Source: Candidatus Limnocylindrales bacterium
GTDB lineage: Bacteria > Chloroflexota > Limnocylindria > Limnocylindrales > CSP1-4
Assembly: GCA_038915165.1 (NCBI GenBank)
Contig: JBCLDE010000004.1
Coordinates: forward strand, 1 to 55,345
Reading direction: 5' to 3'
DNA length: 55,345 nt
In this document: piece after piece, positions 34,276-43,358 of the stretch
Layout of the letters: every line of letters begins with the position of its first letter
How positions within the stretch are numbered: the stretch's first letter is position 1
The notes under the pieces: model-generated
Seen by the model: the letters and a program-made list of their open reading frames with translations, nothing else
Database searches by the model: none
Told to the model about the DNA's origin: nothing
Translations under genes and position numbers: made by a program

Positions 34276-35567
34276 CGGGCGAAGCTCCCGCCCTTGGGCG
34301 ACCCCAGCCGGACCCAGTAATGGGCCCAGCGGGTGAACCGCTCGGTTCGCGTGTCGCGCTCCTGCGCGCGCCCGGGCACGGGCTCGATACCGCGGCGGAC
34401 CAGCGCCTGGAGCATCAGGGGCACCAATCCGTAGATGTGGTCGGCGGCGGCGCTCGGCCCGTCGGGCGCCGGGAACCCGCCCGCGACCGATCGACCTGGG
34501 CAGATGTGGCTGCCGGCCCCGAACGACAACCCCCAGCGAGGGATGTCGCGACGGACCGTGCGGTCCGGGTCGAACCGGTCCGGGTCGGCCCCGAACAACG
34601 TGGGCTCCTGGTTGCCACGGACGATGTCGAGGACGACAAGCGCGTCGGCCGGGATCGATCGTCCCACGATCGTCGTGTCGGCGACCGTCCGCCGGCGGAT
34701 CTTCGGCGTCGTCGGTCGGAGTCGCAGGGTCTCATGGACGACACGCTGGGCGAACAGCAGGTCCTGCGCGACCCGGTCGAGGATGCCGGGCTGCTCAGGG
34801 AGCGCCGCGAACAGCAGGTCGGCGGCGTTGACCACGGTCTGGCCATTGGTGTGGGTGCCGCCCTGGAGATAGGTCGCGACCTCGCGAACGATCCGCCGCT
34901 CGTCGCCAAGCTCGAGTGACGGGTCGACGCGGTGCTGGAGGAGCGCGGTCAGGATGTCGTGGGCCAGGTCGTCGGCGCCGATCTCGCCGCGCGCATGGGC
35001 GTCAAGCATCGCCTGTCGCCGCTCGCTGGCAGGGCGGATGTAGTCGCGTTCGAACCGCTCGTATGCCGCGTAGACCCGCTCCCGGACGGCGTCGGGGTCC
35101 TTCGCGTCAAGGATCGCCGCACCTTGGCTGAAGATGTCGACGAACTCGACTATCGTCGTCAGCTCGTCGAGGTCGTGCTCGCGGATGTCGATCCCCGCGC
35201 GCCGCGAGGCCAGGACGCTCGCGAGCATCTCGCCGATCCGGTACAGGTCGATCTCGTCGCCGACGAGCAGGACGTCGAGCAGGTCGGCCATGACCGCGGG
35301 GAAGAGGGTCTGCTCATAGAGCCGGAGCTTGTCCGGACGAAACTGGGTGTTCTCGACACGGCGCCGGGCCCGGTGCATGGGACCGTGGGCCGTGCTCACG
35401 ATGCCGTCGCGGATGTTGCCCTCGGCATAGCTTCGGGTGTCGAAGGTCCGTGACAGATCCGGGCTGAAGAGGGCCTCGCGGATCTCCTCGTAGCCGGACA
35501 GCTCGACGGTCGTGGCGTACGAGCGGGGCAGAGCGCCCGGACGTGCCGGATCTGCCTGGTCAGCCAC
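34272..35567 (-). CDS. cytochrome P450
   Basis: Heme-thiolate loop 'FGAGSHICPGRSVA' and K-helix 'ETLRLRP' (ExxR). GTG 35567 overlaps the ferredoxin stop (GTGGCTGA). Confidence 0.9.
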   Translation of the reverse strand: MADQADPARPGALPRSYATTVELSGYEEIREALFSPDLSRTFDTRSYAEGNIRDGIVSTAHGPMHRARRRVENTQFRPDKLRLYEQTLFPAVMADLLDVLLVGDEIDLYRIGEMLASVLASRRAGIDIREHDLDELTTIVEFVDIFSQGAAILDAKDPDAVRERVYAAYERFERDYIRPASERRQAMLDAHARGEIGADDLAHDILTALLQHRVDPSLELGDERRIVREVATYLQGGTHTNGQTVVNAADLLFAALPEQPGILDRVAQDLLFAQRVVHETLRLRPTTPKIRRRTVADTTIVGRSIPADALVVLDIVRGNQEPTLFGADPDRFDPDRTVRRDIPRWGLSFGAGSHICPGRSVAGGFPAPDGPSAAADHIYGLVPLMLQALVRRGIEPVPGRAQERDTRTERFTRWAHYWVRLGSPKGGSFAR

Positions 35568-35826
35568 CGTTGGACCTGTGCAGGACCGTGCCGTCGGCGG
35601 CGACGACCCGGATCGCCTGGGTCGGGCAGGCGGACGCGACCTGGACGAGAAGGTCGACGTCCGTCTCCGCCGCCGCGGCACGCGGGACGCTCACCCCGAG
35701 GTCCTCGCGCAGCTCGAAGGCGTCCGGGAGGACCCGCACGCAGTCCCCGGAGCCGATGCAATAGTCAGGGTCGATCGAGACCGATGCGGCCACAGTGCTT
35801 CCTCCGCCGCGGATGGTGGACTTCAT
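35560..35826 (-). CDS. small single-cluster ferredoxin (3Fe-4S/4Fe-4S type, P450 redox partner-like)
   Basis: 88 aa. 'CIGSGDC...ACPTQAI' cluster motif. Sits immediately upstream of the P450 and is translationally coupled to it. Confidence 0.75.
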   Translation of the reverse strand: MKSTIRGGGSTVAASVSIDPDYCIGSGDCVRVLPDAFELREDLGVSVPRAAAAETDVDLLVQVASACPTQAIRVVAADGTVLHRSNGG

Positions 35827-35851
35827 TGTATGCACTCGCACGCGTTCAGCG

Positions 35852-37159
35852 TCAGCCACCGATGACCGGGGTCTGGCCGGCGTCGGGCGGTACCTCGGCC
35901 GGCACCTCGGCAGGCTTCGCCGCTGGCTGCACCGGCAGCCGACGCCAGGCCGACCGGATGGCAAACAGGCCGACCGGGAGGATGAGCAGCCAGATCAGCA
36001 TCCCGGCCTGGAGGCTGAGGGTCGCCACGCTGCCGATGATCAACGCCGTGAACGGTCGATGGCCCAGCAGGGCAAGCTGATGGTACGACATGACCCGGCC
36101 GCGCAGCTCGTCCGGCGTCGCCTCCTGGAGCGCGGCGGTCAGGACGGGGAAGCAGAACGCGAAGCCGAGGCCGATCAGGAAGAACCCGGCCAGGGCGATC
36201 GGGAGGTTCGGCGCCGCGGCGGCGGCGACGACGCCCACAGCCTGGACGACGAGTCCGATGAGGGCCGACCAGCGCAGCCAGCCGTACTTCCGGATCGGGA
36301 CGAAGAGCAGGTAGGAGATCGCCGAGCCGACGCTCTGGGCCGCCAGGATCAGGGCGGCGTTGCTCTCCGCGACACCAAGCCTCTCTGAAGCGAGCGCCGG
36401 GCCCACGGTTCGCTGGATCTCCATCACGGTGCTGGTCACGACGATCCCGGCGAGGAGCCCGACCAGCCAGGTATTCCGGCGGACGAACGAGGCCCCCGAC
36501 CGGGCAGCCTCGCCGGTGGCCGCCTTCCGGGCCGCGGCGGTCTCCCGTCCCGCCAGCCCCATCCGGGCGAGAACGATCATCGCCACCACCGGCGCCACGT
36601 AGGTCAGGGCGTTGATGGCGAATGCCAGGCCGGCGCCGGAGATGGCCAGCGCCGCGGCGGCGATGAGCGGGCCGGCGATCTGCCCGCTCATGAAGGCGAG
36701 CGAGCCGAGTGCGACGGCGTCCTGGAGGTCCTCGCGGGGCACGATGTTCGGCACGAGGGACAGGAGGGACGGCTTGCCGAGGGCCCACAACGCGTTCAGC
36801 AGGAACATCGCGACGATCAGCGTGAGCACCGTCGCCGCGCCGGCGATCGTCAGCCAGGCGAGCACCGCCGCGATCGCCACGGAGACCGCGTGGGTCGTCC
36901 AGACGACCGTCCGGCGGTCGAACCGGTCGGAGATCTGGCCGCCCAGGACGGAGAAGAGCAGGATCGGGACGAACCCGGCGAAGTTGAAGACGCCGACCGA
37001 GAACGTGGAGCGGGTCAGCTCGTAGACGTAGATCGAACCGACCACGGCCGCCAGCCAGGTCCCAAGGCTGCTGATGGCGACGGCCAGCCAGTAGGCGACA
37101 TATCCTCGGTGCCGAAACGGCCCGAAACGGCGGCCGGCAGGCCGAGCCTCGTTGCTCAC
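35852..37159 (-). CDS. MFS transporter (EntS/DUF894-like)
   Basis: About 12 TM profile. 'FRHRGYVAYWLAVAISSLGTW' N-terminus is typical of the MFS_3 group. GTG 37159 was chosen because it avoids overlap with the upstream permease stop (37167). Start is uncertain. Confidence 0.75.
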   Translation of the reverse strand: MSNEARPAGRRFGPFRHRGYVAYWLAVAISSLGTWLAAVVGSIYVYELTRSTFSVGVFNFAGFVPILLFSVLGGQISDRFDRRTVVWTTHAVSVAIAAVLAWLTIAGAATVLTLIVAMFLLNALWALGKPSLLSLVPNIVPREDLQDAVALGSLAFMSGQIAGPLIAAAALAISGAGLAFAINALTYVAPVVAMIVLARMGLAGRETAAARKAATGEAARSGASFVRRNTWLVGLLAGIVVTSTVMEIQRTVGPALASERLGVAESNAALILAAQSVGSAISYLLFVPIRKYGWLRWSALIGLVVQAVGVVAAAAAPNLPIALAGFFLIGLGFAFCFPVLTAALQEATPDELRGRVMSYHQLALLGHRPFTALIIGSVATLSLQAGMLIWLLILPVGLFAIRSAWRRLPVQPAAKPAEVPAEVPPDAGQTPVIGG

Positions 37160-37166
37160 CCCGCGG

Positions 37167-37985
37167 CTATCGGATCGCAGGACGCCAGCGGTCGAACCGC
37201 CGTTCGATGACGCGCACGAACTCGCCGAGGGCGACACCGAGGATTCCGAGCAGGACGATGCCGAAGTAGACGCGGGCGGTCTGCAGGATCGAGCCGTTCA
37301 GGAGGATGTAGAAGCCGATCCCGCCGTTCGAGGCGAGGAACTCGGCGATGACGACTCCCACCAGCGCGCGCCCGGTTCCGAGACGCGCCCCGGTCAGGAT
37401 GTAGGGCACGCTGGCAGGCAGGACCACGGAGCGGAAGCGCATCCATCGCGAGGCCCGGAAGCTCTCGGCGATGTCGTGGAAGTGGGCGTCGGCGGCATGG
37501 ACACCGGCCATCGTGCTCACGACGATCACGAAGATCGCCTCGAGGAAGACGATGAACACCTTGGCCTCGAGCCCGATCCCGAGAATGATGATGATCAGCG
37601 GCGCCAGCGCCACGGTCGGTGTCGCGTAGATGGCCGACAGCCATGGATCGAGGAGGTAGTTGAGCCGTCGGAACAGGCCGATCGCGAGTCCGACGGGCAC
37701 GCCGACCACGAGCGCGGCCAGGAACCCGAGGACGTATTCGGTGCCGCTGGCCTGGAGGTGGGGCCAGATCACGCCGTTGGAGATGTCCTTGATCGCGGCG
37801 TTGAGGATCAGGGTCGGCGAGCTGAGGACGACCTTCTTGACGAGGCCCAGGACCGAGACGGCCTCCCAGACGCTGAGCACCACGACGAAGCCGAGCAGGC
37901 CGAAGACGAGGCGCTCCGACGGTCGCCACCGCGCCGTCGAGGGCGGGTTCGGGGGGGCGCGGTGCGCCACCGATTCGGTCGTCAC
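37167..37985 (-). CDS. ABC transporter permease (NitT/TauT family)
   Basis: 6-TM permease with an EAA-like loop ('ESFRASRWMRFRSVVLPASVPYILTGARLGTGRALVGVVIAEF'). Confidence 0.85.
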   Translation of the reverse strand: MTTESVAHRAPPNPPSTARWRPSERLVFGLLGFVVVLSVWEAVSVLGLVKKVVLSSPTLILNAAIKDISNGVIWPHLQASGTEYVLGFLAALVVGVPVGLAIGLFRRLNYLLDPWLSAIYATPTVALAPLIIIILGIGLEAKVFIVFLEAIFVIVVSTMAGVHAADAHFHDIAESFRASRWMRFRSVVLPASVPYILTGARLGTGRALVGVVIAEFLASNGGIGFYILLNGSILQTARVYFGIVLLGILGVALGEFVRVIERRFDRWRPAIR

Positions 37986-37986
37986 G

Positions 37987-38781
37987 TCAGTCCGCGGCCG
38001 GGACGTCCGGTCGGATCTGCGGCGTGATGAGCTCCCAGATCTGATCGGCGAGGGCCGTGAACCCGGGCGTTCGCTTGATCCTCAGCTCGCGGGGTCGCGG
38101 CAGGTCGATCGGGATGTCGGCGAGAAGGCGGCCCGGCCGCGCGCTCATCACGAGCACCCGGTCGGACAGATAGATCGCCTCGTCGATCTGGTGGGTGATG
38201 AACAGGACCGTCTTCCTCGCCTCTGCCCAGATCCGGAGCAGCTCCGCCTGCATCAGCTCCCTCGTCTGGGCGTCGAGCGCGGCAAACGGCTCGTCCATCA
38301 GCAGGATCTCGGGGTCGACCGTCAGCGCCCGGGCGAGATTCGCCCGCTGCTGCATGCCACCGGACAGCTGGTACGGGTACTTCGCCTCGAACCCCTCGAG
38401 CCCGACCATCCTGATGAACGGCATGGCTCGCTCGTTGGCGACCTTGCTGGGAATGCCCCGGCATCGCAGGCCGTAGGCGACGTTGGCCAGAATCGAGAAC
38501 CACGGGAACAGCGCCGCGTCCTGGAAGACCATGGCGTGGGCGCTCCCCTCCGACCGGCGCTGGAGCACCTCGATCTCGCCCTGGTAGTCGGGAAGCAGGC
38601 CGTTGACGATCTTGAGGAAGGTCGACTTGCCGCAACCGCTCGGGCCGACGATCGAGACGAACTGGCCCTCCGGAATCTCCAGGTCGATGTGCTCGATGGC
38701 CACCAGTCTGTCATGCGTGGTCGGATCGATGTAGGTGAACTGGACACCTCGTGCTCGCAACGCCATTCCGCCCGTCGTCAT
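37987..38781 (-). CDS. ABC transporter ATP-binding protein (NitT/TauT family)
   Basis: Walker A 'GPSGCGKST', signature 'LSGGMQQR', Walker B 'LLMDEPF'. Start trimmed to ATG 38781 (ATGA overlap with the upstream permease stop). Confidence 0.9.
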   Translation of the reverse strand: MTTGGMALRARGVQFTYIDPTTHDRLVAIEHIDLEIPEGQFVSIVGPSGCGKSTFLKIVNGLLPDYQGEIEVLQRRSEGSAHAMVFQDAALFPWFSILANVAYGLRCRGIPSKVANERAMPFIRMVGLEGFEAKYPYQLSGGMQQRANLARALTVDPEILLMDEPFAALDAQTRELMQAELLRIWAEARKTVLFITHQIDEAIYLSDRVLVMSARPGRLLADIPIDLPRPRELRIKRTPGFTALADQIWELITPQIRPDVPAAD

Positions 38782-39611
38782 GCTGCCGCTCCCTGTCTGA
38801 CCGGACGCCAGCGCTGGACACGGGCCTCGAGCCGCCGTACGGCCTCGACCAGGATGATTCCGGCGAAGGTGAAGATGAGCACCCCGAACAGCAACTTGTC
38901 CGTCTGCAACGTGTCGCTCGCCCTCTTGATCATATGCCCCAATCCTCCGGTGGCGGCGAACAGCTCGCCGGTGACCACGCCGATCAGGGCGCGGCCGATA
39001 CCGAGCCGTAGGCCGGACACCATGAACGGCACCGTGGCCGGCGCGACCACCGTGGCGAAGAGTCGAGGTCGCGAGGCGCCAAAGCTTGACGCCACGTCGA
39101 GGAATCGCCGATCCACGGTCCTCACCCCCTGGATCGTCGGGATGATGATCGCAAGCACCGCGCCGAGAAACGCGACGACGATCACGGACCACATTCCCAG
39201 CCCCGTCGCGATGACGATGACCGGCAACAGCGCAAACCGCGGTATCGAGTTCAGGAAGTTCAGCCACGGATCAAGGCTGTATTGCAGGCGGCGGAACCAA
39301 CCCGTGAGGAGCCCCACGGGAACTCCCACCGCGATCGCCAGGCCGTACCCGACCAGGAACTCGGTGAGGCTGCGGCGCACGTCGTCCCAGAACCGGGGGA
39401 CCTGCACCTCCACCATCCCGGCCGCGACGATCGCGGTGGGTCGGCTGAAGAAGAACTCGTTGATCGCGCCCGCGCGGCTGCCGAGCTCCCAGACCAGGAG
39501 GAACCCGACCGCGCCGACGAGGCCGTATCCCAGTCGGCCGCGACGATCGAGCCAGCCTCTTCGCCCCGGTTCACCGGTGCGCCGCCGCGGATATCTCGAG
39601 GCAATACTCAT
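38778..39611 (-). CDS. ABC transporter permease (NitT/TauT family)
   Basis: EAA-like loop 'SSFGASRPRLFATVVAPATVPFMVSGLRLGIGRALIGVVTGEL'. Start trimmed to ATG 39611 ('MSIASRY'). Confidence 0.85.
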   Translation of the reverse strand: MSIASRYPRRRTGEPGRRGWLDRRGRLGYGLVGAVGFLLVWELGSRAGAINEFFFSRPTAIVAAGMVEVQVPRFWDDVRRSLTEFLVGYGLAIAVGVPVGLLTGWFRRLQYSLDPWLNFLNSIPRFALLPVIVIATGLGMWSVIVVAFLGAVLAIIIPTIQGVRTVDRRFLDVASSFGASRPRLFATVVAPATVPFMVSGLRLGIGRALIGVVTGELFAATGGLGHMIKRASDTLQTDKLLFGVLIFTFAGIILVEAVRRLEARVQRWRPVRQGAAA

Positions 39612-39714
39612 CGTGGCCTGATGGCTCCTTGCACTCCCGACTCGCCGGATACTCGCAAGAGCGAGCCCATCCGGCCAGTTTGGCGGTCCGCCAGATGCAA
39701 TGTCAACGCAATCA

Positions 39715-39743
39715 TAGACAACTGCATGCCGCTCCGGTAGAGT
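39715..39743 (+). promoter_or_regulatory. candidate promoter for the SBP gene
   Basis: TAGACA (39715..39720), 17-nt spacer, TAGAGT (39738..39743), about 50 nt upstream of GTG 39793. A perfect TTGACA lies on the opposite strand at 39701..39706, facing the permease operon. Confidence 0.4.
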
Positions 39744-39792
39744 CGGTCCTCGGGCTGCTGCCCGTGGATGAACATTGTGGAGGAGAGCGAAC

Positions 39793-40911
39793 GTGGCATT
39801 CACTATAAGGTCCTTGCGGGGCGCGGCGTTGGTCGTGATCGCGAGCCTCGCTTTCACGGCGTGCGGCGGAGCCGCGGCGCCGACCGCGACGCCGACCGCG
39901 GCGCCGACCGCGGCGCCGACCGCGGCGCCGACCGCGGCGCCGACGCCGGAGCCGGGCACGCTGCCGACGCCCGAGCTGAGCAAGCTGGCGATCGGTCTCA
40001 GCGTCACCGAGATGAGCCAGTACGCCGGTGCGCTGGCCGTCCAGCTCGGTCTCTTCAAGAAGTACGGGATCGACGTCGAGTTGAGCGTGTTCGAGGGTGA
40101 CGCCCGCGTCGTCGCCGCCCTCCAGGGCGGCCAGATCCAGATCGCCTTCAGCGGCACGTCGAGCGCCATCTCGTCGCAGCTGACGGACGTGCCGCTTAAC
40201 ATCATCGGCGTCCTCGCAGTGATCCTGACCGACAACCTCGTCTGCCAAAGCGGGATCGACACCGCCGAAGAGGTCAAGGGCAAGACGATCGCGATCAGCA
40301 CGTTCGGCGGCACGTCGAACGCCGCCGCGCTCCTTGCGCTCAAGGCCCTCGGGCTCGCCCCGAATGAGGCGGTCATCACCCAGATCGGCGGCCAGAGCAC
40401 TCGGCTCGCCGCACTTCAGGGCGGTTCGGTCGACTGCGCGATCATCGACTCCAACATCGAGGCCGACATGATCGCCCAGGGCTTTGGCATCGCGGCCCGG
40501 TTGTTCGATCCCGCGGCGCCGAAGGATGCCAACATCGCGTACGGCCGGTCGGGCATCAGCGTGACCAAGGACTTCCTGGCGGCCAACCCGAACACTGCGC
40601 TCGTGGTCATCGCCGCCGTCCTCGAGGCCCAGAACGTCATCTTCACGGATCCGGCATCCGTGATCCCGTACTACATGGCGCACACCGGGCTGGAAGAGGA
40701 GAAAGCGGCCTTGCAGGTCAACAACTTCATCAAGATCGGCAATCGATCCCTGATGTGGACCGATGAGGCGTTGAAGAACCCGCAGAAGGCGATCGCCATG
40801 ATCAACCCCGACATCATCGATGTCGACGTGGCTGACGTCGGAAACCGCACGTTCCTCGAGACCCTCGCTGCCAACGGGTTCTACGACAAGATCGGCAGCC
40901 CCAAGCCGTAG
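39793..40911 (+). CDS. ABC substrate-binding lipoprotein (NMT1/THI5-like, NitT/TauT family)
   Basis: Signal peptide with lipobox 'LAFTAC', then an (A-P-T-A)n linker, then an NMT1-like domain ('LAIGLSVTEMSQYAGALAVQLGLFKKYGIDVEL'). GTG 39793 lies 7 nt after 'GGAGGAG'. Divergent from the permease operon. Confidence 0.8.
   Translation: MAFTIRSLRGAALVVIASLAFTACGGAAAPTATPTAAPTAAPTAAPTAAPTPEPGTLPTPELSKLAIGLSVTEMSQYAGALAVQLGLFKKYGIDVELSVFEGDARVVAALQGGQIQIAFSGTSSAISSQLTDVPLNIIGVLAVILTDNLVCQSGIDTAEEVKGKTIAISTFGGTSNAAALLALKALGLAPNEAVITQIGGQSTRLAALQGGSVDCAIIDSNIEADMIAQGFGIAARLFDPAAPKDANIAYGRSGISVTKDFLAANPNTALVVIAAVLEAQNVIFTDPASVIPYYMAHTGLEEEKAALQVNNFIKIGNRSLMWTDEALKNPQKAIAMINPDIIDVDVADVGNRTFLETLAANGFYDKIGSPKP
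39877..39948 (+). repeat. in-frame 12-nt tandem repeat (about 6 units, GCGCCGACCGCG) encoding an (A-P-T-A)n linker
   Basis: Units at 39877, 39889, 39901, 39913, 39925 and 39937. Three central units are identical. The repeat lies just after the lipobox Cys of the SBP. Confidence 0.9.
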
Positions 40912-40934
40912 CTCGACCGCAACAACGTCAACCG

Positions 40935-40965
40935 ATCGCCCCCGGAGCACCGCTCCGGGGGCGAT
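40935..40965 (+). terminator. strong GC hairpin downstream of the SBP gene (terminator-like, no U-tract)
   Basis: 13-bp perfect stem ATCGCCCCCGGAG (40935..40947) / CTCCGGGGGCGAT (40953..40965) with a 5-nt loop, starting 24 nt after the SBP stop. Confidence 0.5.
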
Positions 40966-41001
40966 TCCATCCAGCCGGCGCACACAGGTGAGTTGAAACG
41001 C

Positions 41002-42366
41002 ATGTGCGGAACGACAGACTCCCCAGAACTCGAGGCCCGGATGGAGCCGGGCCCCGCCCGTGGGGTCCGGCGGGTCGTCGACGTCAACGACCTCCTGGAG
41101 ACCGCTCGCCATGTCGCCCACTCCGACGAGGTCCGGCGCACCGCGGCGGGCTTCATCGGGTACGGCGCGACAGGCCCCGGACAACGCGTCCTGATCGGCG
41201 TCGATACCCAGACCGACCCCGCGATCACCGATGCGATCGCCGCCGCCCTGCGGGAGATGGGGGCCTCGGTTGACGTCGTCATCGCCCAGGCCGAGGCCGA
41301 CCGCGTGTTCGACGATCTCGACGAGATCAAGGTCGCCATCCGCCGCCAGCCGTGGGTGGAGAACCCACGCCGGTGGGAAGGGACGCCGTGGATCGAGGAC
41401 CTCGCAAGGACCCGCGGCTACGACCTGCTGATCCACGGCAAGGGCGGCGCGATCCCGAAGGTCTCGCACCGCTACGAGGGGTTCCCATGGGTGGTCACCG
41501 ACCACTTCGACGGCCCCTCGAATCTCTTCCCGCGGGCGCTCCACCGTCTGATCAACGAGCGGACCTGGTCGCGCATCACCGATCACGCCGGATCTCGCCT
41601 CCGCCTCACCGATCCCGAGGGGACGAACCTCTCGCTGACGATCCTGGCCGAGCCGCTCCGCGACACGACGCGACACGACTACGGGATGTCGCCCAAGTGG
41701 GGCCACCTCATGGCCCATCCCCCCACCCCGATCGAGCCGACCGACGACTCGACGGGCACGATCGCCGGCACCCTCAACCACTTCAGCCGGCCATTCCCCC
41801 GGATCGAGGTCCAGGTCGAGAACGCCCGGATGACCGGGATCCGCGGCGGCGGAGTCTACGGCGATGCATGGCGCGACCTCGAGGCCGAGGCCAAGGACAT
41901 CCAGTACCCGTGCTTCCCCGCCCCTGGCCTCTTCTGGCTCTGGGAGCTGGCGATCGGCACGAACCCCAAGATCGTCCGCCCGGGTAACATCCGCTACCTG
42001 TCGTCGGGCGGGTTCGAATGGGAGCGTCGCCGAGCCGGGATCATCCATTGCGGCCTCGGCACGCGCTGGCGGAGCTCCGAGGAGGTCTGGGCCGGCGAGC
42101 GCCGGCTGGTGTACGGCCACCTCCATGTCCACCTGCTCTCCCCCACCCTGATCGTCGAAACGCCGAAGGGCGACGTCCCGGTCATCGAGGGCGGGCGGCT
42201 GTCGGCCTACGACGACCCGGATGTCCGCGACCTCGCGGCCACGTTCGGCGACCCGGACCAGCTCCTGCACGACGACTGGGTTCCGGAGATCCCCGGGATC
42301 ACGGTGCCCGGCGACTACGCCGAGTACGCCAGGGACCCATCACGCTGGATCTACGCGAATGCCTGA
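41002..42366 (+). CDS. M29 aminopeptidase-fold protein, possibly NicX-like (2,5-dihydroxypyridine dioxygenase-like)
   Basis: Blocks 'LRLTDPEGTNLSLT', 'WELAIGTNPKI', 'IHCGLGT' and 'GHLHVHLL' resemble AmpS/PepS/NicX-family blocks as I recall them. ATG 41002 lies 9 nt after 'AGGTGAG'. Assignment is tentative. Confidence 0.5.
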   Translation: MCGTTDSPELEARMEPGPARGVRRVVDVNDLLETARHVAHSDEVRRTAAGFIGYGATGPGQRVLIGVDTQTDPAITDAIAAALREMGASVDVVIAQAEADRVFDDLDEIKVAIRRQPWVENPRRWEGTPWIEDLARTRGYDLLIHGKGGAIPKVSHRYEGFPWVVTDHFDGPSNLFPRALHRLINERTWSRITDHAGSRLRLTDPEGTNLSLTILAEPLRDTTRHDYGMSPKWGHLMAHPPTPIEPTDDSTGTIAGTLNHFSRPFPRIEVQVENARMTGIRGGGVYGDAWRDLEAEAKDIQYPCFPAPGLFWLWELAIGTNPKIVRPGNIRYLSSGGFEWERRRAGIIHCGLGTRWRSSEEVWAGERRLVYGHLHVHLLSPTLIVETPKGDVPVIEGGRLSAYDDPDVRDLAATFGDPDQLLHDDWVPEIPGITVPGDYAEYARDPSRWIYANA

Positions 42367-42390
42367 CTCCAAACTGGGACGAGGGGGCAG

Positions 42391-43341
42391 ATGACGACCG
42401 AGGAGGTCCGGATCCACAGCGGCGGGGCCGTGCTTGCCGGGACGTTCAAGCTTCCGGAAACCGGGTCGGAGCCGTTCCCGGCCGTGGTCCAGGGCCCCGG
42501 TTGGCTGGGTCTCCGTGGCGCCAATATCTACCGTCCGTACCATGAGGCGCTGCTCGCGGCCGGGATCGCCGTCCTCGTCTTCGACTATCGCGGCTTCGGC
42601 GATTCGACCGGCGACGCCACGTTCCTCGACCCGATGACCCAGGTCGCGGACTACCGGGCGGCCGTCACGTGGCTCCACACACGCAAGGAGATCGATCCGA
42701 AGCGGATCGGGGCGTTCGGGTCCGGCGGCACCGGCGGCGGCAACGCCATCTACGCGGGCGGGCTCGACACCAGGATCAAGGCGGTCGTCTCGCAGGTCCC
42801 GATCGCGGATGGTCGGGACTGGCTCCACCGGATGCGCCGCGAGTCCGAGTGGCTCGAATTCCTCGAGCAGATCCGCCAGGACCGGCTCCGCCACGTCGTC
42901 ACCGGCGAGCCGACCCTCGTGCCCCCGCGCGAGGGCATCATGGTCCCGACACCGGAGCGCCGGGCGACTACCATCAAGGCGGATGTCGACGACAAGATCC
43001 CGCCGCTCGTGGAGCTGGGGAGTGCGGAGGCGATCTTCGCCTACCGGCCGATCGAGGTCGTGGACCGGATCGCGCCCCGGGCGGTGATGATCATCGCCGT
43101 CGAGAACGACGCGACCACGCCGGAAGACCATGCCTACGCGTTGTACGAACGCGCAGGCGGCCCGAAACGCCTGGTGATCCAGACCGGCACCACCCACTAC
43201 GCCGCGTACGCGCAGTACCTCGACGTCGTGAACCCGCTCATCGTCGAGTGGTTCGAGCGCCACCTGGTCGGCGGCGAGGTGCTCGTCCACGAGCGACCCG
43301 CGGATGCGGAGATCCTCCGCCTGGACCGCCCCACCATCTGA
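42391..43341 (+). CDS. alpha/beta-fold protein, paralog 2, non-canonical nucleophile elbow
   Basis: 'VLVFDYRGFGDSTG', 'RIGAFGSGGTGGGNA', 'AVENDATTP' and 'GTTHYAAY'. Roughly 45% identical by eye to the product of 21729..22643. Confidence 0.7.
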   Translation: MTTEEVRIHSGGAVLAGTFKLPETGSEPFPAVVQGPGWLGLRGANIYRPYHEALLAAGIAVLVFDYRGFGDSTGDATFLDPMTQVADYRAAVTWLHTRKEIDPKRIGAFGSGGTGGGNAIYAGGLDTRIKAVVSQVPIADGRDWLHRMRRESEWLEFLEQIRQDRLRHVVTGEPTLVPPREGIMVPTPERRATTIKADVDDKIPPLVELGSAEAIFAYRPIEVVDRIAPRAVMIIAVENDATTPEDHAYALYERAGGPKRLVIQTGTTHYAAYAQYLDVVNPLIVEWFERHLVGGEVLVHERPADAEILRLDRPTI

Positions 43342-43358
43342 CGGAGGACCTGCGACCA

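Noticed and set aside
39877-39948. The 12-nt tandem repeat as a CRISPR-like or non-coding repeat array.
   Set aside because: The units are contiguous with no spacers, in frame, and lie inside a well-supported lipoprotein gene.
42669-43358. Long N-terminal extensions in the ORF track. Examples are 42669..44738, 27992..29683, 50144..51517, 37987..39267, 38778..40400, 8184..9107, 9153..10178, 30634..33222 and 24375..25034.
   Set aside because: The extensions overlap the preceding gene in another frame and are Arg/Pro-rich. They precede an internal ATG or GTG that creates a classical ATGA/GTGA overlap or follows an SD-like sequence. Family-conserved N-termini begin at the internal start.
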